A stretch of 64,000 nt of DNA from Antechinus flavipes (taxonomy: Eukaryota), in contig NC_067398.1 of the NCBI RefSeq assembly GCF_016432865.1, forward strand, positions 6,262,001 to 6,326,000, in the 5' to 3' direction. The position numbers and the translations under genes were made by a program. The notes beneath the pieces are model-generated. The model was not told where the DNA came from. It was given only the letters and a program-made list of their open reading frames with translations, and did not search any database. Shown piece by piece: positions 50,701 through 63,835 of this stretch (position 1 is its first letter; every line of letters starts with the position of its first letter).

Positions 50701-52989
50701 GGCAGTTCAGTAGGAGCTCTCCAAGGCTCCAAGGAGTGGGGCTGGATATTCAGCTGCTTCCTTCTAAGTTAATATTAGATCCGTGTCCCCACAAGAGGGA
50801 ACAGAGGAAACACACAGACAGATACATTCATGCAAAATGTAAAATATCTGCCCCGGAAAGCCCCAGGGCTAGCCGGAGTCTCGCTCCTCACTTTGGCAAG
50901 AGAAGACTCGGGGCTCTGGGTCTGTACCTTATTCATTCGCACGTGTTGCTCACAGGGCTTACACTCTCATTCTCTGTCTTCCCTTCCAAATCCCAGACAT
51001 CAGGCTTTCCAAACCAGTAAATCCTTTCCATTGTCTCATCCATAGATCATCGGGCTTTGGAATGGGGATTGGGAAGTAATCAGGAGGGAGTTCCTGCTGA
51101 GAAAACTGGATTCCAGCTGCCACCACCCCATGCCTTGGATGTATCTCTAAGGTTGTCGCCATTTTGCTGGATGCGATTGTCCTGGGAGCCAGATCGGATT
51201 GGGAAATTCCAGCTGTATGCTGACAGTACGGCCTCACCCTGCGACAGCCTGTCTCTGGTCAGAGCTGATCAGGATTAACCCTTGGAGCGAACAGAAGCAT
51301 CCATAGCTCTCAAATACCCCCACCAAAATGTTGGTGGTTCTCTAAGGCATTAGTAACTCTGTGGTATTTTTAGCTACTCCTCTCTGATGTCAAGGACTGG
51401 GAGAGACCTCCCCAAGAAAAAAGCTCAATTCAGTGCAATTCAAGGAGCATTCATAAGCACCTGCTCTGTACAAGACACAGTGCTAGGCACAGATATAGGA
51501 ATAAAAGGGATCTTGGAGGTCCTCTAGTCCAACCCCCTCAAGTTAAAGATGAAACAGTGAGGCTCAGAAGATAAATGACCTGTGCAAAGTCACTAAAAAG
51601 CAAAGATAAAGAAGAAATAGTTTCAATGTTCAAATAGTTTACAGGCTGCTCGGGGAACCATGGGGAGATGAGCAAGAAAATTCCAAATTATTTTAAATAA
51701 ATATAAGCAATTTCAAACAGGAAATAGTGCAGATAAAGAGGGGGACAGAGAAAGGTCTTGTGCCAGGAAGGGTGCTTCACCTGGGCTTGAAAAAAGCTAG
51801 GAATTCTAGAAATAGAGGAAAGGAAGGAATCCCAATATTCACAGAGCAGGGAGGGGCTCGTCCAGAGAGGTAGAGGTGGGAGATGTAAAACATCAGGTTG
51901 AAGATAAGTTTGAATGGAAGGAGTGTGCCGGAAGGGGATCGAAGCCTCACAGTAATTGGGGCATGGTGGCCCCAAATTGGTAACTATGGAATCCATGAAT
52001 CCTGTTGGAATTTTCTTCTTGCTTTGGGGCAAAAGCTCTTGGTCACTAGTGGAGCTATTGCCATGGTTCCCCAATCTACATACAAAACAATCCTGCCGGA
52101 CAGCCCTGTGTTGCTGGCCAATGGGAACTGGACAAAGTTCCATCTGGAACCTATCAACACCTCTCTTGGGTCAGCTGCAAGGAATTGGATTTCCAAGTGA
52201 CCCAACACATTTCCTCTTTCTTCTCCCTCAAGACCAAATTTGTAGTCTGTGTTCTCCTGGTAGATTGGAGGTGAAGGGCCTAGCTGAATGGCAACTTAAT
52301 CTCCATCCCTTCTGAGATGCCAGAACTCTTAGAAATATTTTAAAAGATTAATTCTATTTCCATTTTTGAGATCTATCGATCTTAACGATATTCTGGCATC
52401 ACTTTAGGGGTCACCAGGTGCAATTCAATATGTGATACTATCCAAAACTATAAATGTCTTAGAGATTCCTGGTTAATTATATACCCACATGTTTCAGAAA
52501 TTCATAATTGAATGAGAAACATTGAACCTGTTTGCTACAGTCTTCCTCGAAGGAGCTGAAAAGGTTATCTAGGGTCTGGTGCTCCGACTTGGTCCATGGG
52601 TGGTGGCCAGAATTAGGAGCTGATGAATTAAGGAACTATGATGACATAGGTTCAATGCTGTTGAGCTGTACGGACCCTTGGAGATCACCTAGTCTAAACC
52701 CTCTTTTTATTTCTGAGGAACTGAACTACCCACTTTCCCAAGGTCACACAATTAGTAAGCAGGATAGCATCTATATGGACCCTGTTTCTCCTGATTAGAT
52801 GGTATTTACACCATAGCATACAGCTTTAAAGTCTTGAGTGATAGATAACCCATAGCATTCTTGGGTCCTGCTGCTTAAACTAGACAATCAGCAATATCTA
52901 AAGGATGTCCTTAGAGCAGAGCAAGGGATAGTCATAACACAAAATCACAAACTATGAATCAAGTCAGAAATTGAATTTGAAGAGCAGAA

Positions 52990-53560
52990 ACAGCAGGCAT
53001 CAAGTCAATTCAGCTCTGTTTTTACACTGGACACTCTGCTAAATGTCAGGATATAAAAAATACACAAAAGAAAAGTATTCCTGACCTTAAGAACCTTGCA
53101 TTCTACTGGGGGAACCTGACACACATATAGATAAACACTTGTCAACTAGACTAAAAAAGGACACAAAATCATGGCTGGAGAGGGAGATGATAAGCAGTAA
53201 GGGAGGTGATCAGGAAGTTGTCTGAGCTGAAGTTTGAAGGGAGCAGAGAGCAGATTCCAAGACAAAGTAGGGAGGAAGGCTTGTTGGTGACTCAAGACTA
53301 TAAGGCCTATGTTCAGTTTATGGTTTTCCTGATCCAATCTCCCTCAGGAAGTGGAGGATTTCAAGCAGAAGCAGGATGCCATCTTGCTTGGTGGTTTGTC
53401 ATGGGGATTCCAGTGTAAGTCACATTTGGACAAGCTTGGTATATTCCAACTTTGAGAACCATGGAGAAGCTGTTATGGGTCAAAAATGGATCCAGAGTCA
53501 ACTGGACTATTTGTTTCCTTAGGTGAATGACAAAGGGCTTAACATAATGGCTGGAAAATA
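52990..53560 (-). mobile_element. L2 LINE fragment
   Basis: gtattcctgaccttaagaaccttgcattctactgggg...ctgagctgaagtttgaagg...gagaaccatggagaag. Confidence 0.55.
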
Positions 53561-53879
53561 GTAGTTGCTTAATGACTAATAATTGATTGACTGACTCTTA
53601 ACATTTGTATTGCTTGTGGTCTTGGGGTAAATGTGGTACTTGTTATCCATACTCTGCCTACATGGACACCCATTCCTCCTAATGGGGTTCACTGATGCTT
53701 GACATCTTTCAAGTTAGTCAAATTCTCTTGATCATGACCATGAATAAGTCGACTATTTCAGGGAGATGTGAATGCAATTTCTTCACTGTTTGTGCCATGC
53801 TATGCATATAGGAGAAAAATCACTAGGAGAATTGAAAAGGAATGGTCAGAAGTTACATTCTGAATTAAATTCTGAAAAG

Positions 53880-54075
53880 CAAAATGGCATAGTGGATAAA
53901 GATCCAACTAAATCCAAAAAACCTGGCTGAGTTCAAGACCTGCCTTGGACACAAACTGGTAACCTTAACCTCATCATTTCCATTGGCAGTTTTCTGGGAC
54001 TGTTTTTCACAAGGTAGGTGCTAAATTACAGTGGCAGAGACTTTCCTCATTGGGACTTCAGCATACTACTGAAAT
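53880..54075 (+). mobile_element. MAR1-type marsupial CORE-SINE
   Basis: ggcatagtggataaag...gagttcaagacctgccttggacaca...agagactttcctcattgggacttc...tgaaatgaca. Confidence 0.6.
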
Positions 54076-54199
54076 GACAAAACCTAATAATTTTATTTCT
54101 TTACAAATGGCCTTTAAAAACCTGAACTTGTTATTTCATTGATATTGGGAACTTTCAGAAAGGAAACTGCCTCTACCAGCGCAAATCATCAATCAATTA

Positions 54200-54540
54200 A
54201 TTAAATGACTACCCCAGGATTGCATGATGCTATTTGTAGGAATGGAAATTCAATGTGTGCCTTATGGCCTCCCTCCAGAACTAGTTTTCTCTACAACACT
54301 TCAGTCTTATTTTGTGTCTTCTTTCCTGATCACCTCCCTCCCCCAAAGGTAGTAGTCCCTTCCCTCAGTAATCATCTCCAATTTATTCTGTCTTTGTTTA
54401 ATTTGTACAAAGTTGTTTGTATGTTGTCTCCCCAATCAGATTGTCAGCTCTTTGAGGGCAGGGGATGTCTTTTGTATTTCTTTGTATTCCAGTACTTTGC
54501 ATAGTCATATTTCTTCATACATGCTTAATCATTGATTGGA
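54200..54540 (+). mobile_element. L2 LINE 3' fragment
   Basis: gttgtctccccaatcagattgtcagctctttgagggcaggggatgtcttttgtatttctttgtattcc. Confidence 0.65.
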
Positions 54541-57500
54541 TTATACCAAGATATCCACTACCATGTGATGTCCATGAGAAAACTTTCCAATGAACTTGGT
54601 AGTCTAAGGTTTTCAGCAAAAAGTCTCCACATAGACAGCATCTCAATGTTCCTTTGATATTCCATCAGCTTCCCCCACTCCAGTGCCTTTTCATGCCACA
54701 GAAATGATCTTGGGAGTTCAAAGGTTATAATGGCGGCAATATTAGTCAGACTTTACCAAGCTGGCAGATTCACATTCTAGCTCCGGGATGGTCTTGTACG
54801 TGTCTCAGGTAAAGACCAGCTTATCTAACTATGGGGACGCTCACAAGAAGGGGGCCAAGAAGGGATGGATATTGCCAGCTACGATAAATCATGGACCTGT
54901 TCACCAAGGCATAGTGGACTGCTGAACTGTGTCCCTGAAGACTGCTTCCATACCAGTGAATCTTAAGTCCTGAAAGTATGAAGAGACAGAAAGAAAGTGG
55001 TCATTGGCCATCTCATAGCATTCTAAATCTATGGCTAGAAGGTTGGGCTTTGTTTGTATTTTTTAATCTGATCATTAGGGTAAAGGATCCCAAACTCAGG
55101 TAGTAGACAGAACATTATGGTGTCTACATTCATATTTCAGATTAATTTTGAAACAGTTTGCAAAAAGCCCTGAACTGGCATCACAGGACATGCTTTCTGA
55201 TTTAAGTTGCTATTTACTCTGTGTGTTTCTTGCATGGGTTACTCCTCATACTATCTCATAATTTTCTCATCTCTTAGACTTCCTTATTGAAAAACTAAAT
55301 AGTCCCCCTCAGTTTCTCCTATATCAAGAACTAAAGAGAATATATCCGGCGTCATCTTAGTTTTTATGCTATTGAGAATACATGGCAAACAGCTCAAAAT
55401 ATGGTAACTTGCTGGTCAGTCACTTGGAAAACTTTCATTAATCAAGAGAGAGGAAATGAAGGAATGAGAAGGACAAATAGACAATCAGCAGTTATCTGAC
55501 CTTGAAAGTTCAATAAGTCTATATTGGAAAATGTAAACTGAAACTATAACATATGCTTCTTTCCAGGTAATTTTTAAACTCTGAACTTAAAAAAACAGAG
55601 AAGGAAAAAAATAACTTAAAATTCTTTATAATCAAGAATTTTTGTTTGTGTGTCTTTGTATCACTTGCCTCAAACCATTATTGAATTTATACAATTTTAT
55701 AAGGGAAAAAACCCTCCAAGTTTGAAATCATTTGCTCTTCTATGATCCTCTGAAAGAAAGGCCATTTTCTCTCCCTACCAGCCAGTGATTCAGCTTTTTA
55801 CATATGATTTATCCACACTTTCAGGGATGATGCTAGAAGACCCATATGTCCCATAGAAAATTGTCTCTTTGACTCCATGTGAAGGGTGGAAAGAAAACAA
55901 AGAAATAGATTACTGATGTTTACCAATGGACATGGCATGATCCAGGGCAAAGTTATTACAACAAAAAGGTCTTTGGAAGAGCAGATGCCACTGACAGGAG
56001 CCAAGCCTTATGAAATCTTTTTAAGTTATTTAAAACTGCCAAAGGGTTTGATCTGGAATGATTCTTTCAAAACCCTGACACGAAGATGGAATTTTCTGAT
56101 GATCTGGAACTGTGGCCAAGCCAAGATGTGGTCTGGGTCTGGCTCTATGCTGGTTGTTGAGACAATAACTTTCCTTTGGAGTGACTGCCCTAGGCTCACA
56201 TTTTTGGTGTTTGGTATAAGTTTACTTGGATGAAATAGATCAGCGTTTGTCTCCTATTTTTCATATGTACTTATGTATGTATAACTATGTGTAGATACAT
56301 ATATACAGATGCATGTATAAATGCATACCATAAGTATAAGTGTATATTCCCCCTTTTCTTTTTCATGGATTGTTTTATGATACCAAGTTTCCCTTGAAAG
56401 CAAAATTCTATGTTTAATATTAATATTATAAAGACATGGCCTTATGGTGGTAAGACATGGAAGAGTTAAAAGGGAATATACCACAGAGTGCCATGTGCTT
56501 GATTGGTGACAATTAGCAACTCTAGTGAAGAACATGAGTGAAAGGTAGGTATTGTACGATGCAAAGAAAAGATGGATTAATCACATGATGAAACAACTCA
56601 AGTGCACTAATGACAGCTCTTTGATGTCAGGGGATATTATGGAAGACTTCTAGAATATTGTATGAGAATCATCCCAAATGGGCTTGTATGTATGTTTTTT
56701 CTTCTGCATCATGGGGGGAAACTAATTAATGAGATAAAATAACTTTTTGAATATGTCTATAGCTCAATCTATCTTTTTTCTATATATATATGAACAGCTA
56801 GAAGGGTGGAAAAGATACTTCTGTATCATTCAGGTTATTAAAGACTATTGTCTTCCTTGAAGAAATGCAAGAAATATTAAAAACAAACGAAAACAACAAC
56901 AAATCTGCACCTAGGATCTTAAAAAGCAAAAGGGAATCCTCAACTATGGTGAGGAGTTAAAAGAGGAAGAATAAAACAATAACAAGGAAGGGAAGCTAGA
57001 GCTCTGCATTGTGGAACATAAAGAGCAACTGTGAGGTTTTTTCAATACAAGGGAGAGTTGGACCAATGCAAAATAAGCTTCTTCTCAGGTTCCAAAGATT
57101 GACGGCAGTATTGACATGAATGTAGACCCGTTCATCAATAGAAGTACAGGACTTCCAAGTTGAAAGGGATGTCAGAGGCCATGTCCTGAATGCATCCCTT
57201 CTCTCCCGAGATAATTATGTAGTCTTTTAAAGAGAAAGAACAGAGAAAAAACATAAAAAGTAGTTAGAAGTGGGAATAGAACTAAATCATCTAAAATATC
57301 TTCCAATTTTGGCCTTTTGTTTTCAAAGTTTTAATGTTTGTGATGAAATTCTTTCTCACCACTTTGGGGCAGATATCCTTGGCAATAGGAGGAATAAGAA
57401 AAACATAGATTTGTCTCTGTCACTTGCCTTTGGACATCTTTTGATTATTCAGTCCTCACCAATGCAAGTGAAGTTCTTTGCCTAATAAAGGAGACTTGAG

Positions 57501-58279
57501 ATGATCTCTTATCTGTCCAAGATGAACTCTTCAGGTAGAACAATGTCCAGACAAGGTCTGTCTGATACCATAGGAACATGAATTAGGGACCATGATGCAA
57601 CTGGTGAGCTTCTGGAACACAGATAAATTCTCTAAAGCTATGACTATTGTCCTTGTTTCTACAGCCCTATCCTGGGGTTTATATTGGGTCAGAATTCATA
57701 ATGTTCTGAATCTCTTTTCATCCATTCTCCTGGCTTTTGGAAGATTTCCCTCATTTCTGTAGACAGCTGTTTACTTTTATACTGTGGTTTCTGGAGTATT
57801 CTTTCTAAGAGTAAGATTAGTGCAGTAAAAAGAATTCTGGGGTGGGAAAAGAGACTTGGATCCACTTATCTTGAGCTTAGACTCAGCATCTTACTTGCCA
57901 CGGAAGCAGCTCTTTGGAGAGCTTGGGTTGTTTTTATATTGTTTTGTTTTCTTGTCTAGGTCATTTTAAGACTTCAGTGGGCTAATGACATTCATCTAGG
58001 CTAAATTGGTCTGGTCCTTAAATTATACTACTCCTGAATTGGCAATGTCCTTTCCTCTAGAGCTCATGATGCTGGATTGGGGGAAGAAGTAGGTGAGTGA
58101 GGAGTCTTTTTTGGTTCTGGTGACACTATCCCCATTTCTTGGTTTCTTCCCTTACCATCTTCTTCTAGATTCTCTTAAGTGCCTATACATTTTCTTTCTC
58201 AGTTCCTTCCCTTTTATATCTCCCCTACTCCTCTCCCTTCCCTTCCTCCCTCTTATATTGTTGATGAAAAAAAAGGGAT

Positions 58280-58800
58280 TTATAGTATAAAAGATAAGTA
58301 GGATATGGAAAAAAAAACTAAAGAGGGAGGAAATCAGTTTAAATAGTTAGTTTGAAGGGAGGGAAACACTAATAAATGGAAAATTTACTGTGGGATGCTG
58401 AGTTAAGCCTAAAACAAAGACACATATTTTGAAAGGCAGAGGCAATGAAAGAGGATACAAGTTTGGATGATAGCTAAAGCAAAAGGAAAGGTGAAGGGCG
58501 ATGACATTTTGAAACTGAGGATCAGGTAGTAAGTCAGGTGAACTGGAATTTAGAATTCACGAAGACTAATTGGAAATAAATCTTGAAAGTTAAATAGGAA
58601 ATTTTGTGTGAAGACTTGAAAACTGAGGCAGAGGACTTGGATTATTAGATGAAGGTTATAAGAAGGCTCTGAAGATTGGTCAAATTTAGGAAAATTAGTA
58701 GTGAAGTGGCTGAGCACAGATTAACAAACTTGAAGACTGAAGAAAGGGAAATGCATTACAAGGTTATTGCTATGAACCAAGCAAGAAATGATACAGAGGG
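58280..58800 (-). mobile_element. L2 LINE fragment
   Basis: Degenerate L2-like purine-rich body (gaaggctctgaagatt..., gaggttattgctatgaaccaagcaagaaatgat). Confidence 0.45.
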
Positions 58801-59974
58801 AAACTAGACAAGTGATAGTGATTAATTAATATTTTTGTTTGTTTTTACATCAAGCACAATAGACTTCTATTACATAAAGGTCATCTCATTTATCCTTTGT
58901 GCCTTACTTTTTATGACATAAGCCAAAAAAAAAAAAAAAACTCAAGGGATAATAAATGACTTCAAGTTTTCATCTTAGACTCTTTTAAATTGAAAAAAAA
59001 AAGACTCCAAGGTCTATTAATGCAAATGGATTAATCTGAGAAATTTGGGTTGACCGATTTTTTGCAGGCTTAGATGAATTTTCTACAATGGCCAGAGAGC
59101 TAACCTTGGAATCAGAAGGATGTGGGCTCAAGTGCTTCCTGTGATGACCCAAGACCACTCATTTAATATATCAATTTTCTTACAAAGTCTCTCACTTACA
59201 AAGAAGGTGTCGATCTGCAAAATTACAGGACGATTTTTTTTTACTTGCGAGTTCTCAGAATTATTGAAATTATAGCTCTAGTCCTTAGTCCTACCTTATT
59301 TATCTGAAATTTAACTTTTTTTCTGATGAAATTTTTTATATTTTCAAGTATATCCCTTAAGTGAAAGAGAGAAAATCTTCTCTAACGAAAATGGATCTTC
59401 CTCGGGATCTAGAGAGGTTTCACCTATTTATTCTCCAATTCTTTGAAGGCTTTTAAATGATCAGGACTTAGATTTTTTATAATTCTATGACCTCAATAGA
59501 ATACACTCTTTTTGAGGGGAGATGTTTTTGATTTACATCTTTGTATCTCACCTTCCTAGTAATAACCCAAAGAAGATACTTAAGAAGTAATTCTTGGATT
59601 AGATTACATTTCACTAATTTGTATTTTAATTAGATTTCACTAATAAGCAATTCTTCCAATGCTGTTGCTGCAAGCCATACACAGTGTCTTGTGTTACTTA
59701 TTTATCAAAGTCCTGCCATCAATCCTACATAAGGTTCCTAGAGTCCTAAAAGCCTTTCTTCAGGATTTTTTTCAAACAACACTCAGACTCGTACACTACA
59801 ATCCTCTGCCTTCCTCAAATGCGTGAAGAGGCTAGCCAGCTTTATGATCATGCAATCTTTGGATGATATGTGGCCAATATGGAAGAATAACTTGCTGTGT
59901 TCAAGGTCAATTCTTTTCTTGTATGGAAATAGAGCGATAAGCCAATAAAATAAAATGAAGACAGTGTTTAAATA

Positions 59975-60328
59975 TGTGTGTATACATCGATATATTTATA
60001 TGTGTATATATCTATGTATATATATACATATACATAGATATATACACACAAATATGTATGTATGTCTATACATAGATGTAGATATAGATATAGACACAGA
60101 TATAGATATAGATATAGACACAGATATAGATATAAATAGATACAGATATATAGATATAGAGATAGATATAAATGTCACTGATCCCCTTAGAATCTCATGC
60201 AGAATATTAGTTGATGTTAGTTGGGTTGAGTTGGATTTCTCTTCATTCCCTGATCCACTCATCAGGCCCTTTTTGAATCTATCTGCTGCTAACAGATGTA
60301 TACAACAGAGATTCTAATTCCTACATAG

Positions 60329-60390
<62 letters not shown>
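59975..60390. repeat. (TATG/GATATA)n tract (59975-60170) and (GT)n (60330-60390)
   Basis: Seen directly. Confidence 0.9.
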
Positions 60391-61959
60391 ACATGTCATA
60401 CCTAAACTTCTTGTGCAATCCACAGAAAAGTAGTGATAGTGGGAGAGGGGACAGATCGAAGCGATTCCCAATTAGCTCCTGGCTGCCATCTCCGAGTGCC
60501 AGTTTTGAATCGAGCTGCAACAACTACGCCCGGATCTTTTGGGGAGAGCAGCTTTCCACAAGTTTCTTCTGGTGGAGGCCCATGGTCGAGTTCCTCAGGC
60601 CCCAGAGAACCTTCTGAGAATTGTGCTAGGAAGTCTACGGGATCCTTCAGGTGGCTGGCAAGCAAGCCTGGAGCCTGGAGCCCCAAAGGCTGGGATGGAT
60701 GAGCTCAAGCATTCCCGGGCTATCCTGCGCTTAATATGTTACATTGCTATGTCGATATGTAATGTCACAGATGGCAATATTAGTCATGAAAGAACAAAGA
60801 AGCCAAGAACCCGACCCAGAGAGGAAGGGAAGTGGGGGGAGGGGGAGCAGGAGCACGTTGGCCAGCACATCGCTCCTCGGGCACCGAGGAGCACCTCGTC
60901 CAGGTCCATCTCCCGGTGAAGGAGGGATGAGTGTACATCCTTCGGCCTGGCTCGGATCCCACTCCCAAACCGACAAAGGAAGGCCACAGAGGGATTCTGA
61001 AAGGAATGAAGGGATGAGCCTTATTTACCCGTGGGCAGCCAGCCCACGAGCTCTCATGCAAGCCAGCAGGGGCTTCCTCTTCTTCAATTAACTGTGCAGC
61101 CTTTTCCAACAAGGAGATTTAAATGTTTACTTCTGTTTGCTTTGTGTCACTTGTGATTCTGTTCATTCTAAAATCTTCACCCTTTGGCCCCCTGAGGACT
61201 TCCCTTTGAAGACCAAAGGGGGCCGACGTGGGCTGCGGGACTCGATCCAAAATCGAATCTTCCTGGAAAGTGGAGAAAAGAAACAGGGTGAACATTTTAG
61301 CTCACTGCCCGGCCGTGATCACCCAACGATCTGGAAATAGGAAACAACGGGCCAGCCAGTGCCCGAGAGAGCTTGCGGGCAAAGTGGGAGGCCAAGAGTC
61401 ACGTCCGGGGACACAGCTGACTACCTCTGCTCACTCTTCCCTGACTCCCCAAGCCGAGGGAGAGAAAAGCAGGCCTGGCGGGGGGTGGGGGGGGGTTGCA
61501 TATCTCAGGGTAGAAAAAGAAGTCCTTTTCTCCTGGAGATGTGCCTTGGCATTCCCCTCCCCCGAGCCTTCAGATGCCATGTAGGAGGCAACGAGGAGCA
61601 AACAGCCTTGTGCCCACTCAGCCTTTCTCATTTGGCTCCCTCTGACGGATGCATCCTACTTTGGGAGGCACCTGGCCAATGATGGGGAGCAGAGGAGACT
61701 GCCACGGACTCCTTGAGCTATGTGTGCAAGGCAGGACATCAGGGCAGGAGAAGGCCCCGCTGGGGGTATTGCAGAGGGTTGTAGGACAGGATAATTAGAT
61801 GGAGCTGAACACGGAAAAAATTTGTTTGAGTTACCAAAAATATTTCTTAACGAGAGGCCTGTTTTGCTCTGAAGTTGTCTCTGGGGACCTAGTTAAAGCT
61901 TCATCTCTTGAAACGTTTAAAATGCGATGGGACGTTGGAATGGAGAATGTGTGAGAGGA

Positions 61960-62230
61960 TCCGAGGATTTCCAGCCCAAAAGGACATTAGAGGTCATCGC
62001 TTCCGATTCCTTTGTTTTACAGATGAGGAAACTGAGGCTCAGGGAGAGGGAATAGTGCCCAGGATCACAGAGATAGGGTCGTAGCTTTACGGAGCTAGAG
62101 CTAGAAAGGATATTGGAGACCATTTAGTTCAACCATCTGATTTTTTCAGAGGGGGAGACTGAGGCACAGAAAAGGGAAGTGGCTTGCCATAAGTCCCGTA
62201 GATACTAAGCCCTGAAGGTGGGAGTCAAAG
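61960..62230 (-). mobile_element. Two adjacent MIR/MIR3 fragments
   Basis: tttgttttacagatgaggaaactgaggctcaggga and tttttcagagggggagactgaggcacaga. Confidence 0.65.
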
Positions 62231-63338
62231 ACATACTCTCTCAAAAGTCCAGTCCAGCAATTTTTCTACCCAAAGGCATGAGCTCTTGGGTACCACCCCA
62301 GGGTAAAAAAGTTGGATGGTGATCCTAAATGCCCCCCAACTACTATTTCTATGTATAGATTTCCAGAGGATCCCCAAAGGGTGGAAGAAGACCCCCGCTC
62401 TTCCGCCTTCAAAGGCTGTCTAAATATCTCAGCCAACTAACAGAATCACGTGACCAGATTTCTTGAAAATGATTCTTGCCTTTTCAGCCTCCATCAGACA
62501 AAACCTGGCAGAACTGCCTCATTTGCATACTTCTCTGCCTCTGGAAGTTAATTAAACTTGTCTCTTTTCTGTGGCTTAGCTTGAGCCAGACGAGGTGGAA
62601 ATACTGGTGATGTATCTGCTCCAGCCATCTTTTCAAATGACCTCTGGATAGCCCTCCTTCTAAGAAGCCCAGCCAGGAAATCTAGAGTCTTCCTCAGGTT
62701 GAGAGTCTCCAGGAGACTTAGAACAGCAAGGGTTTGGACATCCTTCAGGAAGCCCCATCCGAGCAAGGAGGCTCATGGGATTTTCTCAGAATTTCCCAAT
62801 TTTCATTGCGTTTGGTGGGTTTTGTTTTGTTTTTTTAGATTTTGGAGATTAAAGAAAGGGAAAATTACAAAACTGAATGGTCCACTGAAAAGCTATGCAA
62901 TTTCCCATAGTTCAGTAGCTCCAGCTTCACAAATAGAGCTAACAGAGATAAATAAACAGGAAGACATCAAATCTTTTTAGGTTGTTGAGACATTGGTATA
63001 ATAAGTAGGACTACAATNNNNNNNNNNNNNNNNNNNNNNNNNNNNNNNNNNNNNNNNNNNNNNNNNNNNNNNNNNNNNNNNNNNNNNNNNNNNNNNNNNN
63101 NNNNNNNNNNNNNNNNNNNNNNNNNNNNNNNNNNNNNNNNNNNNNNAGATGTATGACCTTGGTTAAGTCACTTAACTTGAATCTCAGTTTCTTTTCAAAA
63201 TGTAACATCTATCCTACACAGGTGATTTAGGTGAAGATGGGGAAGGGAGTCAAGGTACAGTTTTTTTTTTTCCAGGTAGGATAGAGGAGAGGGATGTTTG
63301 TAGGCCATAGGGAAAGAGCCAGTACACTAGGAAAGATT

Positions 63339-63516
63339 AAAGATAAGTGGAGGATGGAGCAGCTAGGTGGTGCAGTGAATAGAGCACTAGCCTTCAAGTC
63401 AGGAGGACCTTAGTTCAAATCTGACCTCCCAGACACTTAACACTTCCTAGCTGTGTGACCCTGGGCAAGTCACTTAACCCCAATTGCCTCTGGGGGAAAA
63501 AAAGATAAGTGGAGGA
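63339..63516 (+). mobile_element. Full-length WSINE1-type tRNA-derived marsupial SINE with perfect 16-bp TSD
   Basis: ggagcagctaggtggtgcagtgaatagagcactagcc...agttcaaatc...gacacttaacacttcctagctgtgtgaccctgggcaagtcacttaaccccaattgcctc with A/B boxes. TSD AAAGATAAGTGGAGGA at 63339-63354 and 63501-63516, preceded by TT (TT/AAAG target). Confidence 0.9.
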
Positions 63517-63759
63517 ATGGGGGTGAAAGAGTCTGATGGAGTAGACAAAATGCAATGGGATGGGTTGCTTGTTAGCCTTGGTAAACAGGGAGCTTTCCAA
63601 AAGTTTCTTCTCATGGAGGCCCATGGATTCTCATGAAGGCCCCAGAGAACCTCCTGAGAATTGTGCTAGGAAGTCTATCGGATCCTTCAGGGGGCTGGCA
63701 AGTCTGGAGCCCCAAAGGTTGGGATGGGGGAGCTCGAGCATTCCCGGGCTGGAAAACTT

Positions 63760-63835
63760 GATGCTAATCTATATTGGCAAGGAGACTTTCCTCACATGGG
63801 AGCTCTCCATCCCAATGAACTCACAGGTTCCTTCC
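63760..63835 (+). mobile_element. MAR1-type SINE 3' tail fragment
   Basis: tatattggcaaggagactttcctcacatgggagctctccatcccaatgaactcacagg. Confidence 0.55.

Larger units (their letters stand above)
60550..63750 (+). repeat. Direct repeat pair: 60550-60721 and 63591-63750 (~86% identical)
   Basis: Manual alignment gives 138 nt in exact blocks over the 160-nt copy, e.g. CTGAGAATTGTGCTAGGAAGTCTA and AGCATTCCCGGGCT. Confidence 0.9.

Noticed and set aside
58061-58092. Other exon-like splice-site pairs (58061-58092, 5624-5689, 37921-37933 on +)
   Set aside because: Short, or with weaker acceptors; indistinguishable from chance without RNA data.
63356-63430. tRNA-like A/B box sequence
   Set aside because: 5' head of a SINE with TSDs and CORE domain; no cloverleaf.
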